Source: Octopus vulgaris
Taxonomy: Eukaryota
DNA: 64,000 nt
Direction: 5' to 3'
Assembly (NCBI GenBank): GCA_951406725.2
Contig: OX597831.1
Location: forward strand, 2,232,001-2,296,000
The translations under genes were made by a program, and so were the position numbers. Below are positions 1 to 12,770 of this stretch, piece after piece. The notes below the pieces were generated by a model. That model did no database searches and was not told where the DNA came from. It worked only from the letters and a program-made list of their open reading frames with translations. The first letter of the stretch is position 1; each line of letters opens with the position of its first letter.

Positions 1-294
1 TGTCAACTAACAATAATGCATTGTTTGTTTTATTTTTTATTTATTATTATTGTTATCTTATTACTGTCTCTGAGACGGAACACATGTTAACTAAACAATA
101 AGAGAAATGAAAGCTACAGAAGACATTGAAGTATTGTGATAAAATTCCTTTATGGTCACTTGAGTATTGTGTACATGTGTCTATGTGTATGCATACACAC
201 ATATTATATATATATATATATGCATGTATATATACATGTAAATGTAGGTACGTACATATATGTATGTATGCATATATTTTATTTATTAAATTAT

Positions 295-330
<36 letters not shown>

Positions 331-943
331 CATACACATACACACACGTGTAATACTTGTCCTGCAGGAAAGAATGACATGTAAACAATTTTTCATGAAA
401 TATATTTACTGAATACTCACAGGCATGGCTGTGTAGGAAGAAGCTTGCTTCCCAACCACATGGTTCTGGGTTCAGTCCAACCGTGTGGCACCTTGAGCAA
501 GTATTTATATATATATATATATCTCCTCCACTGCCACATACTTGCTCAAGTATTGGGCCAACCAAAGTCTTGTGAGTGGGTTTGGCAGGCAGAAACTGAA
601 AGAAGCCTGTCATACATCTATGTATGTCGGTCGGTTTGTTCAACTGAAACACTTGAAGGCAGTGCTCCAGCATGGCTGCAGTTAAATGACTGAAAAAAGT
701 AAAAGAATATTTAATTTACATTGTTTTTATACATACATGCTTTCATGTATGTGTATTATTATTATTTAATAACCTGGTAAACTTACTGCATGTCTTTCTA
801 TTACTTCCTCTCTTGACTTTAGATCCTCTCCTCTCCTATTTTATATTGTTTCTCTCTTCCTCTTCTCCTCATCAATTCTCTTTATCATTCTCCTCAAGTT
901 TTCCTACTTAAAGTATAGAACCTCAAATATATATATATATATA

Positions 944-1333
944 GGCGCAGGAGTGGCTGTGTGGTAAGTAGCTTTCTAACCAGCCACATGGTTCAGTCCC
1001 ACTGCGTGGCATCTTGGGCAAGTGTCTTCTGCTATAGCCCCGGGCCGACCAATGCCTTGTGAGTGGATTTGGTAGACGGAAACTGAAAGAAGCCTGTCGT
1101 ATATATGTATATATATATATATATATATGTGTGTGTCTGTGTTTGTCCCCCTAGCATTGCTTGACAACCGATGCTGGTGTGTTTACGTCCCCGTCACTTA
1201 GCAGTTCGGCAAAAGAGGGACCGATAGAATAAGTACTGGGCTTACAAAGAATAAGTCCCGGGGTCGATTTGCTCGACTAAAGGCGGTGCTCCAGCATGGC
1301 CGCAGTCAAATGACTGAAACAAGTAAAAGAGAG
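944..1333 (+). mobile_element. tRNA-derived SINE family A, full-length copy
   Basis: A box TGGCTGTGTGG, B box GGTTCAGTCCC, central (TA)n(TG)n tract, tail gactgaaacaagtaaaagag; many near-identical copies in the window; a decayed copy lies at about 421-710. Confidence 0.85.
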
Positions 1334-1559
1334 TATATCTCCTCCACTGCCACATAAATTGATTCATAAAATTTAATATGTGGGTCTAGGGTTACACACA
1401 GAAAAGAAAATGTTTTATTTCAGCTGTTTTAACTTCTACTTACTGATACAACATAGGATGTTTATCTAATACCTTTTTCCGTAACACCTATGGAATATCT
1501 TGTGTGATTCAAAAGGAATTTTATGAGAAAACGCAAGACAGCTAAAGCAAACACTCACC

Positions 1560-1716
1560 AGGAGTGGCTGTGTGGTAAGTAGCTTGTTTACCAACCACAT
1601 AGTTCTGGGTTCAGTCCCACTGCGTGGCACCTTGGGCAAGTGTCTTCTACTATAGCCTCGGGCCGACCAAAGCCTTGTGAGTGGATTTGGTAGACGGAAA
1701 CTGAAAGAAGCCTGTC

Positions 1717-1772
<56 letters not shown>

Positions 1773-1980
1773 TTGTGTGTCTGTGTTTGTCCCCCTAGCA
1801 TTGCTTGACAACTGATGCTGCTGTGCTTATGTCCCCCTTACTTAGCGGTTCAGCAAAAAAAAAGAGACCGATAGAATAAGTACTGGGCTTACAAAAGAAT
1901 AAGTCCCGGGGTCGAGTTGCTCGATTAAAGGCGGTGCTCCAGCATGGCCGCAGTCAAATGACTGAAACAAGTAAAAGAGT
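1560..1980 (+). mobile_element. SINE family A copy
   Basis: Near-identical to 944-1333. Confidence 0.85.
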
Positions 1981-2639
1981 AGGTGTTGAAATGGACTTTT
2001 TAAAAATATAATTGCACTCATTTTTGTCAAGTAAACTAATGTAGATTATTTATTCCAAAATATGATAACAATCTGTAAAATCAGCTGAAAAAAGAAAGTC
2101 TGAAATTCCAGGTGTTTTGGAAAACAGCAATGAATAAACTTTGTCATAAATCCAGGTGTGATATGAAATATACACAAGATCATGATTTTTGACTTCTACT
2201 AAAATCATATATAAGTGTTAAATAGGTATTATATTTTACCTGTTATGATGTGTTTGTGTGTGTGAAGGTACATGGCCTAATGGTTAGGGTGTTGCACTGA
2301 TGATCTTGTGATCACGGTTTCAATTACTGGACTGGTGGTGTGCTGTGTTTTTGAGCAAAACACTTCATTTTACGTTGCTCCAGTCAACTATAATTGGGTA
2401 ACCCCTGCATCAGACTGGCATTCAGTCCAGGGGGAGATGTTAGCCTACCCACCTAGCCAGCAGCTCGGTATCAATGCAAAAAGCTACAATATTGCAAAGA
2501 AGTGCATTGTGACTAGTGTTGTATAACAATATTTTATGGTCTGAAACAGTAATATATATATATATATATATATATAAAATTCAACTTACATTGAAAGTCA
2601 ACAAAATTTTACTTTAGAAGCGTTATGTATTGAAAAATA

Positions 2640-3036
2640 CAGATAAGGAAATGATTTTATTCTCAAATGCCGGATAATGCTAATAATATGGCATGAACAG
2701 GATAAAAAATCCATATTTTGCAGGAAAATCTGTCGGTGGCCAGCCATGAGACTCAAACTCACATTCCCGTGATTCAACTTACGTTGAAAGTCAACAAACA
2801 AAGTTTGCTTTAATTTACGATAGCATATTATAAAGCTAGATTTATATATCCTAAATTTGCAGAAGAATTTGTTGTTTGGGCAGTTTAGCTTAATAGTAAA
2901 GCACATGATGTGTAATCACAGGGATGTGAGTTGGAGTTTCACGGCTGGCCGCCAACAGATTTTTCTGCAAAATATGGTTAGTTGCTATATTATTAGCATT
3001 ATCCTGCGTTTGAGAATAAAATTATTTCCATATCTG
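2640..3036. mobile_element. Fold-back MITE with about 125-135-bp terminal inverted repeats
   Basis: 2640-2774 and 2914-3036 are diverged reverse complements (cagataaggaaat...gtgatt / aatcac...atttccatatctg); TA precedes the left end. Confidence 0.7.
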
Positions 3037-3056
3037 TGTGTATATATATATATGTA

Positions 3057-4265
3057 TTGGGTTGTACCGAAAGTTTGTGCTGGTTTTTAAAGGAAAGAAA
3101 AAGGTCAATAAATACTTGCCGTTACATTTTTAATCTACCAAATATGAATCATTTTGTTGCACAATGCTTCTCCATCTTCCCTTTAACTTGAAAATACACT
3201 CTTCCCAGATTTGAGGTGGTTTCATGGCAAAGAATTCATCAAGGTATCTTTTTACGTCATCCAAGGAATTGAAATTTTTACCATTAAGACTATTCTGCAG
3301 AAACCTGAATAAGTGTAAATCCGAAGGAGCAATATCTGGTGAATATGGAGGGTGGGATAACACATCCCAGCTGAGCTACAGCAATTTTTGTCAGGTTCCC
3401 AAACAAACGTGCGGTCTTGCATTATCATGTTGGAAAACAACACCCTTCCTATTGGCCAACTCTGGATGTTTCTCTTGAATTGCTGCTTTTAACTCATCCA
3501 GTTGTGTGCAGTATTTCTTAGAATTAATTGTCTGGTTACTTGGGAGAAGCTCATAGGACAGAATTCCCTTCCAATCCCACCAGACACAAGCAAGACTTTT
3601 TAAGGGTGAAGACCCACTTTTGGAGTGACTAAAGGTGGCTTATGTCACTTACTCCAGGATCACTTTCTCTGAACATTTCGGTAGATAATCCATTTCTCAT
3701 CACCTGTCTCAATTTGCTTTAAAAAAGGCACATTTTCATTCCGTTTATAAAGTGAATCACAGATGGAAATGCAATCCAAAAGGTTCTTCTCACTCAACTC
3801 ATGTGGCACCCAAACATCATAGCGATTTGTGTACCCAAGCTTTACCAGGTGCTCATGAACGATGGATTTTGATAGGTTGAGGCTTTCTGCCAGTTCTCGG
3901 GTTGTGCAATGTGGGTTATTCTCAATTAGTGACTTGATTTAGTCATCATCTGTAGTTGATGGCCTGCCTGATTGCTCTTTATCAATAAGGCTACAATCTC
4001 CAGCTCGGAATCTTGCGAACCACTTCCGTACAGTTCTGTCGGATAAAGAAACGTCACCGCAAACTGCTCATATTTCTTTGGTTGCTTGTGAGGCATTTTC
4101 CCCTTTACGGAAAAAGAAAAGCATCAAGTGCCAAAAATGAACTTTCTTATCTTCCAGTTTAAAGGGTTACAGAATTAACACAGGTTATAGGAGAATAAAC
4201 CTTCTTCCACGAAAAGATAGCTTAAACTGCTCTAAATGGAGGTGTAGTCAAATCCCATTTTATGT
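3057..4265 (-). mobile_element. Decayed mariner transposon; transposase pseudogene about 4157 to 3130
   Basis: WVPHEL at about 3812-3795, HPPYSPDIAPSD in ORF 3130..3363, TA plus ttgggttg TIR-like end at 3055-3070; start codon now CTG, internal stops and frameshifts; other TIR not seen. Confidence 0.9.
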
Positions 4266-4269
4266 ACTC

Positions 4270-5797
4270 AGTGTCAAGCAGTAAACAATCTCTGAAGAGA
4301 AAGCAGACTATTTGGAACTAAAAGAGTTGACTAATTTGGTGTAAGATAAGAGAAAGGAATATTTTGGATATTTTATAAGAACATTACATGTAAAATCGCA
4401 AGCAAAGGAAATATAAGATAATGAATACAGTTTGTTCAGTCTTGCAACATGTTTTAAATGCATGGTATCAGAGATTGTTTAAAAAGCACTTTTTAGCCTT
4501 ATATCAGAAAAGTAGATTATCACTGATTCTCTTCTGATTAGGATAAGATTGTGCAGTTTCATTGCTTTATAATGAAACTATAGCAGTTGTATGATTTTGT
4601 ACTAAATTGAATTAGAAACTTGAATGAGACATCCATGTTTTTTTTGACATTTGAGATATGGAACCTGGATAAAATAGGAAATGAAACCATGTTAGAAACA
4701 TGGCATGAAAGAAAAACATTTTAGTGCAGTTTTGTGTTGTCTGGTTGATGGAACTCAATCTTTTTTTTTTTTTTATTAAAGAATGACAATGCCAAAAGTT
4801 TTTAAAAAAAGTTCCTCCTCTAGAGTTATTCAATGCCATTCTAAAGGCCAAGTGAATGAAAAAGTTATAGATGTATGGCTAAGTATGGAATAAATGGTCT
4901 AGAACCCCTTTAACCCTTTAGTATTTAAACCGGCCATATCCGGCCAAAATATTTAATCTGTTTTATGTTCAAACTGACCAGATCCAGGCCCTCACACCTA
5001 CCCTACAATGTTATTCTACATTAAGTAATTGCACCATCAAGATCTTGAAGATATGAGAAAATGCATGATTAATTCAAATCAATGGGAATCAATAGGCATT
5101 ATTATGTTTGATAGAATAATCTGAACACTAAAGGGTTAAAGGAATCTACAACCATTGAAACACACATTGAAAGATATGAAAAATATAGTAAAGCAATCAT
5201 TGCCTGTCATTTAACAATAATTCTTCAATCTCTTGATGTTGTTTTGAACAAAGCATTTCAGGACGAAGCTAGGAAGCGATGGATATCATTTCACGAAGTG
5301 GCAAAAACAAGAGATAATCTGCAAAAACCCTAACTTTGATGCTGTTGCCACTTGAGTTTAAACTAGCTCGGATTGATTTATCGTTCAAATGCACAAATAA
5401 CAAAAGACAGAGACAAGTTAAGGAACAACAAGATGTATTAGTTTGACACTCAGAAAAAATGGGAAAGTCTTTAAAGTTTTGAGCCTATGCTTTTTGACAG
5501 AAAGGAATGAGTGAAAAGAAAATGGAGAGAGGATTAAGAGTTTCACATGTGGTAAAACTGGATTGATTTTCCTGAACATTAAGTTTCCAAGACCTTTTGC
5601 TTTTAAAAAAACTGGCTTCAGTAATAAATTGTAAAGTATCCTGCCATAGTTTGATCAGAATGCTGATACAGACCCCATTGGAAATTTAGATGATGAAGAT
5701 AGAGAAATGAAGAGAATAGAGTCTGATGAAAAGTTAAATCTAGAATGGCTGGGATTATTTGGAGAATCAGATGGTGAGACTTTGATGGGTTTTAAGT
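4270..5797 (+). mobile_element. Highly decayed pogo-type DDE transposase, interrupted by younger insertions
   Basis: Collinear motif remnants: NLNETSMFFD (about 4617), FSAVLCCLVDGTQ (about 4720), LTIILQSLDVVLNKAF (about 5211-5258, cf. LQPLDVxxNKPF), AFKKTG (about 5600) and acidic tail LFGESDGETLMGF-stop (5797). Confidence 0.7.
4914..5135. mobile_element. piggyBac-type MITE, family E
   Basis: TTAA on both sides, termini ccctttagt...actaaaggg; related copies at 10883-11101, 26319-26539, about 25230-25371, 38440-38640, and reversed at about 13500-13872 and 43155-43345. Confidence 0.8.
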
Positions 5798-6067
5798 GAT
5801 AAATTCATTTTATGGACAAGAAAGATTTTAGCCTATGCTACAGTCTTTGCTCAATAGTTTTAACCAAATGTTATTAAGCAAAAATATGTATCATGGGCTG
5901 ATTAAGAGCTTGTTTCAATTCCTTTTAGTGTTTTAACTTTGCAGCAAAATAACATTCCTTTCTTATGAAAATATCACTAAAATGGCTGTAGTGTTGAGGT
6001 AGATTGAATTATACAAGAGGATGAAATATATTTCTTGTTTTTAGTTACAAAAACTGAAGGTCACATT

Positions 6068-6275
6068 ACAAGGGTCGACTGAAAAGTTCATAGTGATGGA
6101 ATCTGACCAAATGAGATTTATTTTTCTTCATAGTCCTCCTTGTGGCCCATACACTTCCTCTATGTATTGCAGTGCTTGGATCCCATTAGTGAAGAGGTTT
6201 TCATCATGTTGGTCAAAAAAATCATCAATAGCAGATATGATGCTGTCATCACTGTGATACTGGTTCCCAGCCAAG
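6068..6275 (-). mobile_element. mariner transposase C-terminal fragment with TIR
   Basis: HLAGNQYHSDDSIISAIDDFFDQHDENLFTNGIQALQ resembles mariner C-termini; tacaagggtcgactgaaaagttc TIR-like end at 6068. Confidence 0.7.
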
Positions 6276-6306
6276 TGTGTGTGTGTATATATATATATAT
6301 ATGTGT

Positions 6307-6606
6307 GGAGGCGCAATGGCCTAGTGATTAGGGCAGCAGACTCGCTGTCGGAGGATCGCGGTTTCGATTCCCAGACCGGGCGTTGTGAGTGTTTATTGAG
6401 CAAAAACACCTAAAACTCCACGAGGCTCCGGCAGGGGGTGGTGGCAATCCCTGCTGTACTCTTTCAACACAACTTTCTCTCACTCTTTCTTCTGTTGGCC
6501 TGCTCGCTTAGCCAGCGGGGTGGTGTCATTTCAAGGCTAAAACAATGCGAAGCACATTGTGACCAGCGATGTGTAACAACATCTGATAGCCTGGTCGGTC
6601 ACGGTG

Positions 6607-6608
<2 letters not shown>
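6307..6608 (+). mobile_element. tRNA-derived SINE family C
   Basis: tRNA-like head ggaggcgcaatggcctagtg...ggtttcgattccc; second copy at 22830-23100. Confidence 0.75.
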
Positions 6609-6637
<29 letters not shown>

Positions 6638-6736
6638 AATGTATTATGAGTCCAACAGCCGTTTCTGGGGGCTCAGCAATCCATAATAATACCTTTATTC
6701 CACCCCTTTATATATAAATGTATGTGCATGTGTGAA

Positions 6737-7070
6737 GGCGCATGGCTTAGTGGTTAGAGCATCGAGCTTACAATCGTGAGGTTGTGAGTTCCATTCCCGG
6801 TCCGGGCTGCGTGTTGTGTTCTTGAGCAAGACACTTTATTTCATGTTGCTCCATGTTCACTCAGCTGTAGAAATGGGTTGCAACATCACTGGTACCAAGC
6901 TGTATCGACCTTTGCCTTTTCCTTGGATAACATCGGTGGTGTGGAGAGGGGAGACTGGTATGCATGGGCGACTGCTAGCACTCCTTAAACAACCTTGCCC
7001 GGACTTTTGCCTTGGAGGATAACTTTCTCGGTGCAATTTCATGGTCATTCATGACTGAAGGGGGTCTCCT
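6737..7070 (+). mobile_element. tRNA-derived SINE (family C variant, CORE-like cttgagcaagacactt body)
   Basis: ggcgcatggcttagtggttag head; related copies at about 2267, 13088, 25947, 26766 and 35714. Confidence 0.7.
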
Positions 7071-7900
7071 TCTGACAAGTTGAAATACTTTAATTTAAAG
7101 AGGAAAATGTAATAAGTGCAGGCAACTATATTTATGTTATGTATTCGGATGTCATTTGAATTGAAAACATCAGAAAAATTTTCGTGACCTCTCTTTTCTT
7201 TTTCTCTTTTCTTTTTCTCTTTTTTTTCATTCTTCCATACAGGCTTTTTTTTTTCAATTTTCCCCACTAAACTTCCTCTTTCATTTTCTGCCTGTTGACT
7301 CATTCTCTAAAATAAAGGAGAAGACAAGACAAGACAAGGAAAGAAAAGTATGTCACAGACAGCCTTTTTGTTTTGTTAGTAATGAAGACAAGGAAAAAAG
7401 TGACTAGTTTGTAAGATCAAAGAAACACAAACCCAAATATAAATAAGGCTCCCATGGAGAATAGGGGTGCCGTTGGTGACCTTAACATTCAATGAGAGAT
7501 TGAGAGATTACCGAACTTTTTCATTTTACATATGTGTATCTAAGCTTGAACTTCTGTGTGTTGTGGGTAATCTTTCAGGCGACATGTGTGTGTGTAGGTT
7601 ATTTGTTGACATGCATACTGGTTTGTGTTCATGGGTAGGTGTGAGCTGCAGACAGATGTACATAACACTGAATAAGTGGGTGTTTGTATATGGTGTAAGC
7701 TGTTGACATGGATATAGGTCTGCATTTGTATGTGGAATGCTATCTGTTCTCTTTCCCACACTCCCTGTTTCTCTCTTCTTCATTTATCCTCTTTATTCTC
7801 CTCTAAGTCGTCCACTGAAAGACATAACTGCATCCACTTTCTGTCTCTATACGCTTTTCCTTTGCAGCTTGACAACATACTGATGTAAATTTATTATAGA

Positions 7901-8385
7901 CTAGCAGTATCGTCCGGCGTTGCTCGGGTTTGTAAGGGAAATAACTATATAAGCATTTTTAGAGGGTTTTAGCCAAAAAATAGCAAAAAAAATGATGGTA
8001 AATTTTTTTTTAAATCGTTGACTCATCGTAGACATTTTTAGAGAGTTACTTCCCTTATATAGTAGCGAAAAAATGCATTAAAATGAAAAAAAAAATGATG
8101 GTAAATTTTTTTTTAAATCGTAGACTCATCGTAGACATTTTTAGAGAGTTACTTCCCTTATATAATAGCGGGGAAAATGCATTAAAATGGAAAAAAAATG
8201 ATGGTAAATTTTTTTTAAAATCGTAGACTCATCGTAGACATGCGCTAATACCCAGAAGGGCTCGATATGAATCACGACTATAAGATACCCGGTTTTGGTT
8301 AAACTGCACCGCAAAATGTGGGAGTAGTTAGTAGGAATCTAAATCGTAGGAGACAGACACACAACTTGACTTTTATATATAAAGA
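7901..8385 (-). mobile_element. Non-autonomous Helitron
   Basis: On the - strand begins TC (tctttatatataaa), ends cccgagcaacgccggacgatactgCTAG, inserted between A and T without a target duplication; internal tandem repeats of about 120 bp. Confidence 0.85.
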
Positions 8386-9316
8386 TATACTACATGGATA
8401 ACTATTATAAACATTCCTTGTTGGCCAGCTGTCTGTTTATATTTTTCAAGTAATTCAAGCTTGTTGTCATTCTAGAATACGAAATACAGCACTTTTGTTG
8501 TAGCAATGCTTTTAAATTTCGTAAAAAATACTGCTTGTTGCAATGTTGATGTAAGCCATGTTTGTATGTATGAATGGGTAATTGGATCAGTGTGTGTGTG
8601 TGCTTGAGTTGGGTCAAGTTGAAGTTTTAGAAACTGCACAGATTTATAAGCCTAATAGGCTTAAACTTACTCGAATGACTCATCACTTGCTTTGGGGAAA
8701 AAATTCCCCTGAAGCTTTCATCGGTCACTGAACTTCTTGACAGCATTGCAGAGATTGTCTGATAACTTCCTGTTGTAATATCTTTCCACATCTGTTTTAT
8801 AAGGGAAACAAATAACAATTATTATCACCTTGCAGTACTAGGTGAGGCAATTAGGGTCTATATGGTCACCAGACCTGCAAATAACTGCAACTTAATCTCC
8901 CAATTTCACCATACTTCTTTTACAAAAAAACACTTTATGTGGGATATGAAGCTTAAAAAAAGTACAGGATGGCTATGGCTGGAATGCCTTTGATCATATG
9001 TCTTCTTGATCAAGGCTTACCTTGAGCTAAATAATAACAACAGACCAAGCAAAGGAACACACAGTTGAATCAGTTGCTGTTCCTAGCACTTGACTATACT
9101 TATTTTATTTACTTTCAAAGGATGAAAGACCAAAGTTGCTTTCTGTGGAATTTGAATTCAGAATGCAAAGGGACAACTAAATACCAAAAAATATTTGTTC
9201 TACACTGTACCGTCACTACCAATCTACTGACCTCTACTATTAATATATTGGTTTCAAATTTGGCACAAGGCCAGCAATATCAGTGGAGTGGGTAGATCAG
9301 TTACATTGACCCCATA

Positions 9317-9546
9317 AGGCGGCGAGCTGGCAGAACCGTTAGCACGCTGGGCGAAATGCGTAGCCGTATTTCGTCTGCCGTTACGTTCTGAGTTCAAATT
9401 CCGCCGAGGTCGACTTTGCCTTTCATCCTTTTGGGGTCGATAAATTAAGTACCAGTTGCGCACTGGGGTCGATATAATCGACTTAATCCATTTGTCTGTT
9501 CTTTTTTGTCCTCTCTGTGTTTGGCCCCTTGTGGGTAGTAAAGAAG
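9317..9546 (+). mobile_element. SINE family B (central gtcgactttgcctttcatcc...ggggtcgataaa..agtacc domain, Meta/MESC-like from memory)
   Basis: Head ggcggcgagctggcagaa, B-box-like gagttcaaattcc; other copies at about 15548-15765, 32852-33088, 34086-34290, 38903-39120, and reversed at about 9550-9712 and 48780-48975. Confidence 0.75.
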
Positions 9547-10882
9547 TAGTTACATTGACCCCAGTGCTCAATTGGTACTTATTTTTTTATCCCCCAGAAC
9601 GATGAAAGATAAAGTCAACCTGACTGGCATTTGAACTCGGAACGTAAAGACAGACAAAATACTGCCAAGCATTTTGCCTGGCATGCTAACGATTCTGCTA
9701 GCTCACTGCCTTCTCTGCTATTAATATATCAATCTCTAAAAGTTCTTTTAAAGTTTCAAGATGTCCTTGATAGTGTGTGTTTCATTTTTTTTTTTGTTTA
9801 TTTTGTTTGTGCATTAGCATGCACAAACCTGCCACATGTGTAACATGTTGATAACATGTGTAAGCAGAAAGTAAAATTTGTTATAGTTCATCCTATGAAT
9901 CTTTATCAAGCTGTTTTAAGATTCCATTTTTCGATATTGTCATGAGTAAGACAGGTGTCCAAAACATTATTTCTCTATGTATGCCACCTTATTTCTGAGA
10001 CACACATACCCAATATCCTCTACAGGTAAACTCCTCAATCTACTTCATCCACTGCACCTGTTTACATGAAATAGGACTTTTAAGATTTAGCCAGGAGGAA
10101 GGGCAATACTGAGGGTCTTCACAGATTTCTTTGATCACCTCTGACTGGTTGTGTGCATACACAATCTCATCATCTTCATCATCATTATCCACCAGAAGCA
10201 GTGTACACACACATAGTGGTTGTCATCAGTAGCAACAATATGCATAAGGTCAGACACATGCATACACACACACACAAGTACATTCATATGCAGACTGTTT
10301 GCCATGAAAAATAACTGATTAACAAATTAATAGCATTTTATTTAATACTATATTAATTGGAATATCTGCCAAGATTGCAGCATTATGTATACAAACTGGT
10401 CTATCCAATTTACTTCCACCCTTAGAATGAATATTGGGTTTATGAACAGTGTCTCCATGGACAGTTAAAGAGGGAGACTCAGGTCCCATCTTTAATTAGC
10501 CTATCTGGAAACTAGTCCAGCTGATCTCTTTTTTCCTCTCCACAAAGATATTGAATTTAGAAACAAGGTGTTTATGTCTGACAGTACACAGTGTAAGCTA
10601 AAAATCTATTGATACTTTTTTGTTTTTTAGTACATTGTTTATGCACTACAATTTCTTAATTGCACTAACTGCCAAGAATGTGTGTTATAAATACAAACCA
10701 AGTCAAGAAGCATGGACAGTTAAAGAGTTTAGTCAGTCACTGATGAAATCCCAAACAGGATTGAAAATAAACTAGCTGCTTCATTTTTCTGTCTACAAGG
10801 ATGGTTACATCTGTTTTATACATAATGCCAGCTAAAAAAAAAATCTGCAGATATATTGCAGTACATTGTCTTTATCATTTAA

Positions 10883-11101
10883 CCCTTTAGTGTTTAAACC
10901 GGCCATATCTGGCCCAGATATTCTACATGTTTTATATTCAAACTGGTGATATCTAGCCTCTTACACCTACCCGACAATGTCATTCTAAATATAAACAATC
11001 ACATCATTGAAACCTCAAAGATATAAGATAATGCATGATTAATTCAAAACATTTGAATGGAAAAGTATTACATTTAACAGAGTAATCTGAACACTAAATG
11101 G
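10883..11101. mobile_element. piggyBac-type MITE, family E
   Basis: TTAA flanks; aligns end to end with 4914-5135. Confidence 0.8.
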
Positions 11102-11366
11102 TTAAGGTCTTCTTTCCATGCTGACCTGTGTCGGACAGATTGGTGGGATCCAGTGAGTTGTAGGGCTGTGCCAAACCTCAGTGTCAGCTTTGGTATGTTT
11201 TCTATGGTTTGATGCCCTTCATAATGCCACCTGCTTTACATTGTTTACTTAGTGCTTTTTTTTTTTTGTGACACCTGCACTCTTGAGGTTGCCAAATAAC
11301 TTGCTAAACAAAAAAAAAGAACGGAAAAAAGGTAATGGAAAATGTTGCCACTACTAAGTGTGTAGG

Positions 11367-11823
11367 AGTATTTGAGAGTGGGAGGTGACAGTATTTGAGA
11401 GTGGGAGGTTACAGTATTTGCAAGTGGAAGGGGACAATTTTTGAGAATAAGAGGTAGCAGTATTTAAGAGGGGGAGGAAACAGTATTTGAGTGTTGGGGG
11501 TAACAGTATTTGAGAGTAGGAGGAAACAGTATTTGAGTGTTGGAGGTAACAGTATTTGAGAGTAGGAGGAAACAGTATTTGAGTGTTGGGGGTAACAGTA
11601 TTTGAGTGTTGGAGGTAACAGTATTTGAGTGTTGGAGGTAACAGTATTTGAGTGTTGGAGGTAACAGTATTTGAGAGTAGGAGGAAACAGTATTTGAGTG
11701 TTGGGGGTAACAGTATTTGAGTGTTGGGGGTAACAGTATTTGAGTGTTGGAGGTAACAGTATTTGAGAGTTGGAGGTAACTGTTTGAGTGTTGGAGGTAA
11801 CACAGTATTTGAGAGTAGGAGGT
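11367..11823 (+). repeat. 23-bp minisatellite, about 20 units
   Basis: Units cagtatttgagtgttggaggtaa and cagtatttgagagtaggaggaaa; explains ORF 11354..11893. Confidence 0.92.
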
Positions 11824-12460
11824 GATTAAGTACCTGAGGGTGGGAGGTGGCTTTTGCCAAGTATTGAAAGACTGAAGTATGATAGAGACACAAGCATATG
11901 TGTCTTGGTATAGAGGAGATACATGGTGATCACTTTATATAGAGGTAGGTGAGAGATGTTGGGGAAAAGATAAAGAAGATAGTGATGGCGTGTCAAATAT
12001 TTTATGGTGTATGTAGTTGCTTGCTTGGTGGAGTACTAGACCCTTTCCTCCATTATCAACAGATTATGGTAGTCACAGCTACAGAGGAATTAACACAACT
12101 GCATGACTATAGTCAGCTTGTACTGATATGAAAATGTTAGATTTGGTAGGGGATAAGTAGGAGATAAGTAGCTTTTATCAGGTTATCTGATTAAGATTTA
12201 CAGGATGACCAATACTGCATTGTTGTATATTATAGTAGTTGTGAATGTTGTCCAAGTACTAACAGTGGGACCTCAGGTTAAATAACAAATAGCATTTAGT
12301 TACAACCCTTTATGTGTTAAGTTCAAATCACTCTGCAAGTTGATTGTCTTTCAACACTCTGAGGTCTCCATAAATGACTTGTCCATAAATGTCTTGTCAG
12401 CCAAGTACCAAAGTTGATTAAGTAGATTCTACAGCTATAAGTATTAATAATTATCACAAG

Positions 12461-12770
12461 TGTGGTTGTGTGGTAAGAAGCTTGCTTCCCATCCATGTAG
12501 TTTTTGGGTTCAGTCCCACTGCATGGCACCTTGGGCAAGTGTCTTCCATTATAGCCTTAGGCTGACCAAAGCTCTGTGAATGGACTTAATAGACAGAAAC
12601 TGAAACAAGTCTGTCGTGTGTGTGTGTGTGTGCCCTATCATTGCTTGATAACCAGTGTTGGTTTGTTTACGTCCCCATAATGTAAGAAAAATAATAACTG
12701 ATAGAATAAGTACTAGTGTTGATTTGTTTGTCTAAACCTTCAAGGTGGTGTCCCAGCAGTGTTTCAGTCC
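12461..12770 (+). mobile_element. SINE family A, decayed copy
   Basis: Head and body align to family A with many substitutions. Confidence 0.7.

Noticed and set aside
53-673. 206-aa ORF and the many YIYI/HTHT ORFs
   Set aside because: Products of (TA)n/(CA)n microsatellites and SINE sequence.
6307-6380. tRNA gene
   Set aside because: tRNA-like head runs straight into a SINE body, recurs at 22830, and does not close an acceptor stem.
11354-11893. 179-aa repetitive ORF
   Set aside because: Translation of a 23-bp minisatellite cycling through three frames; no splice or homology support.
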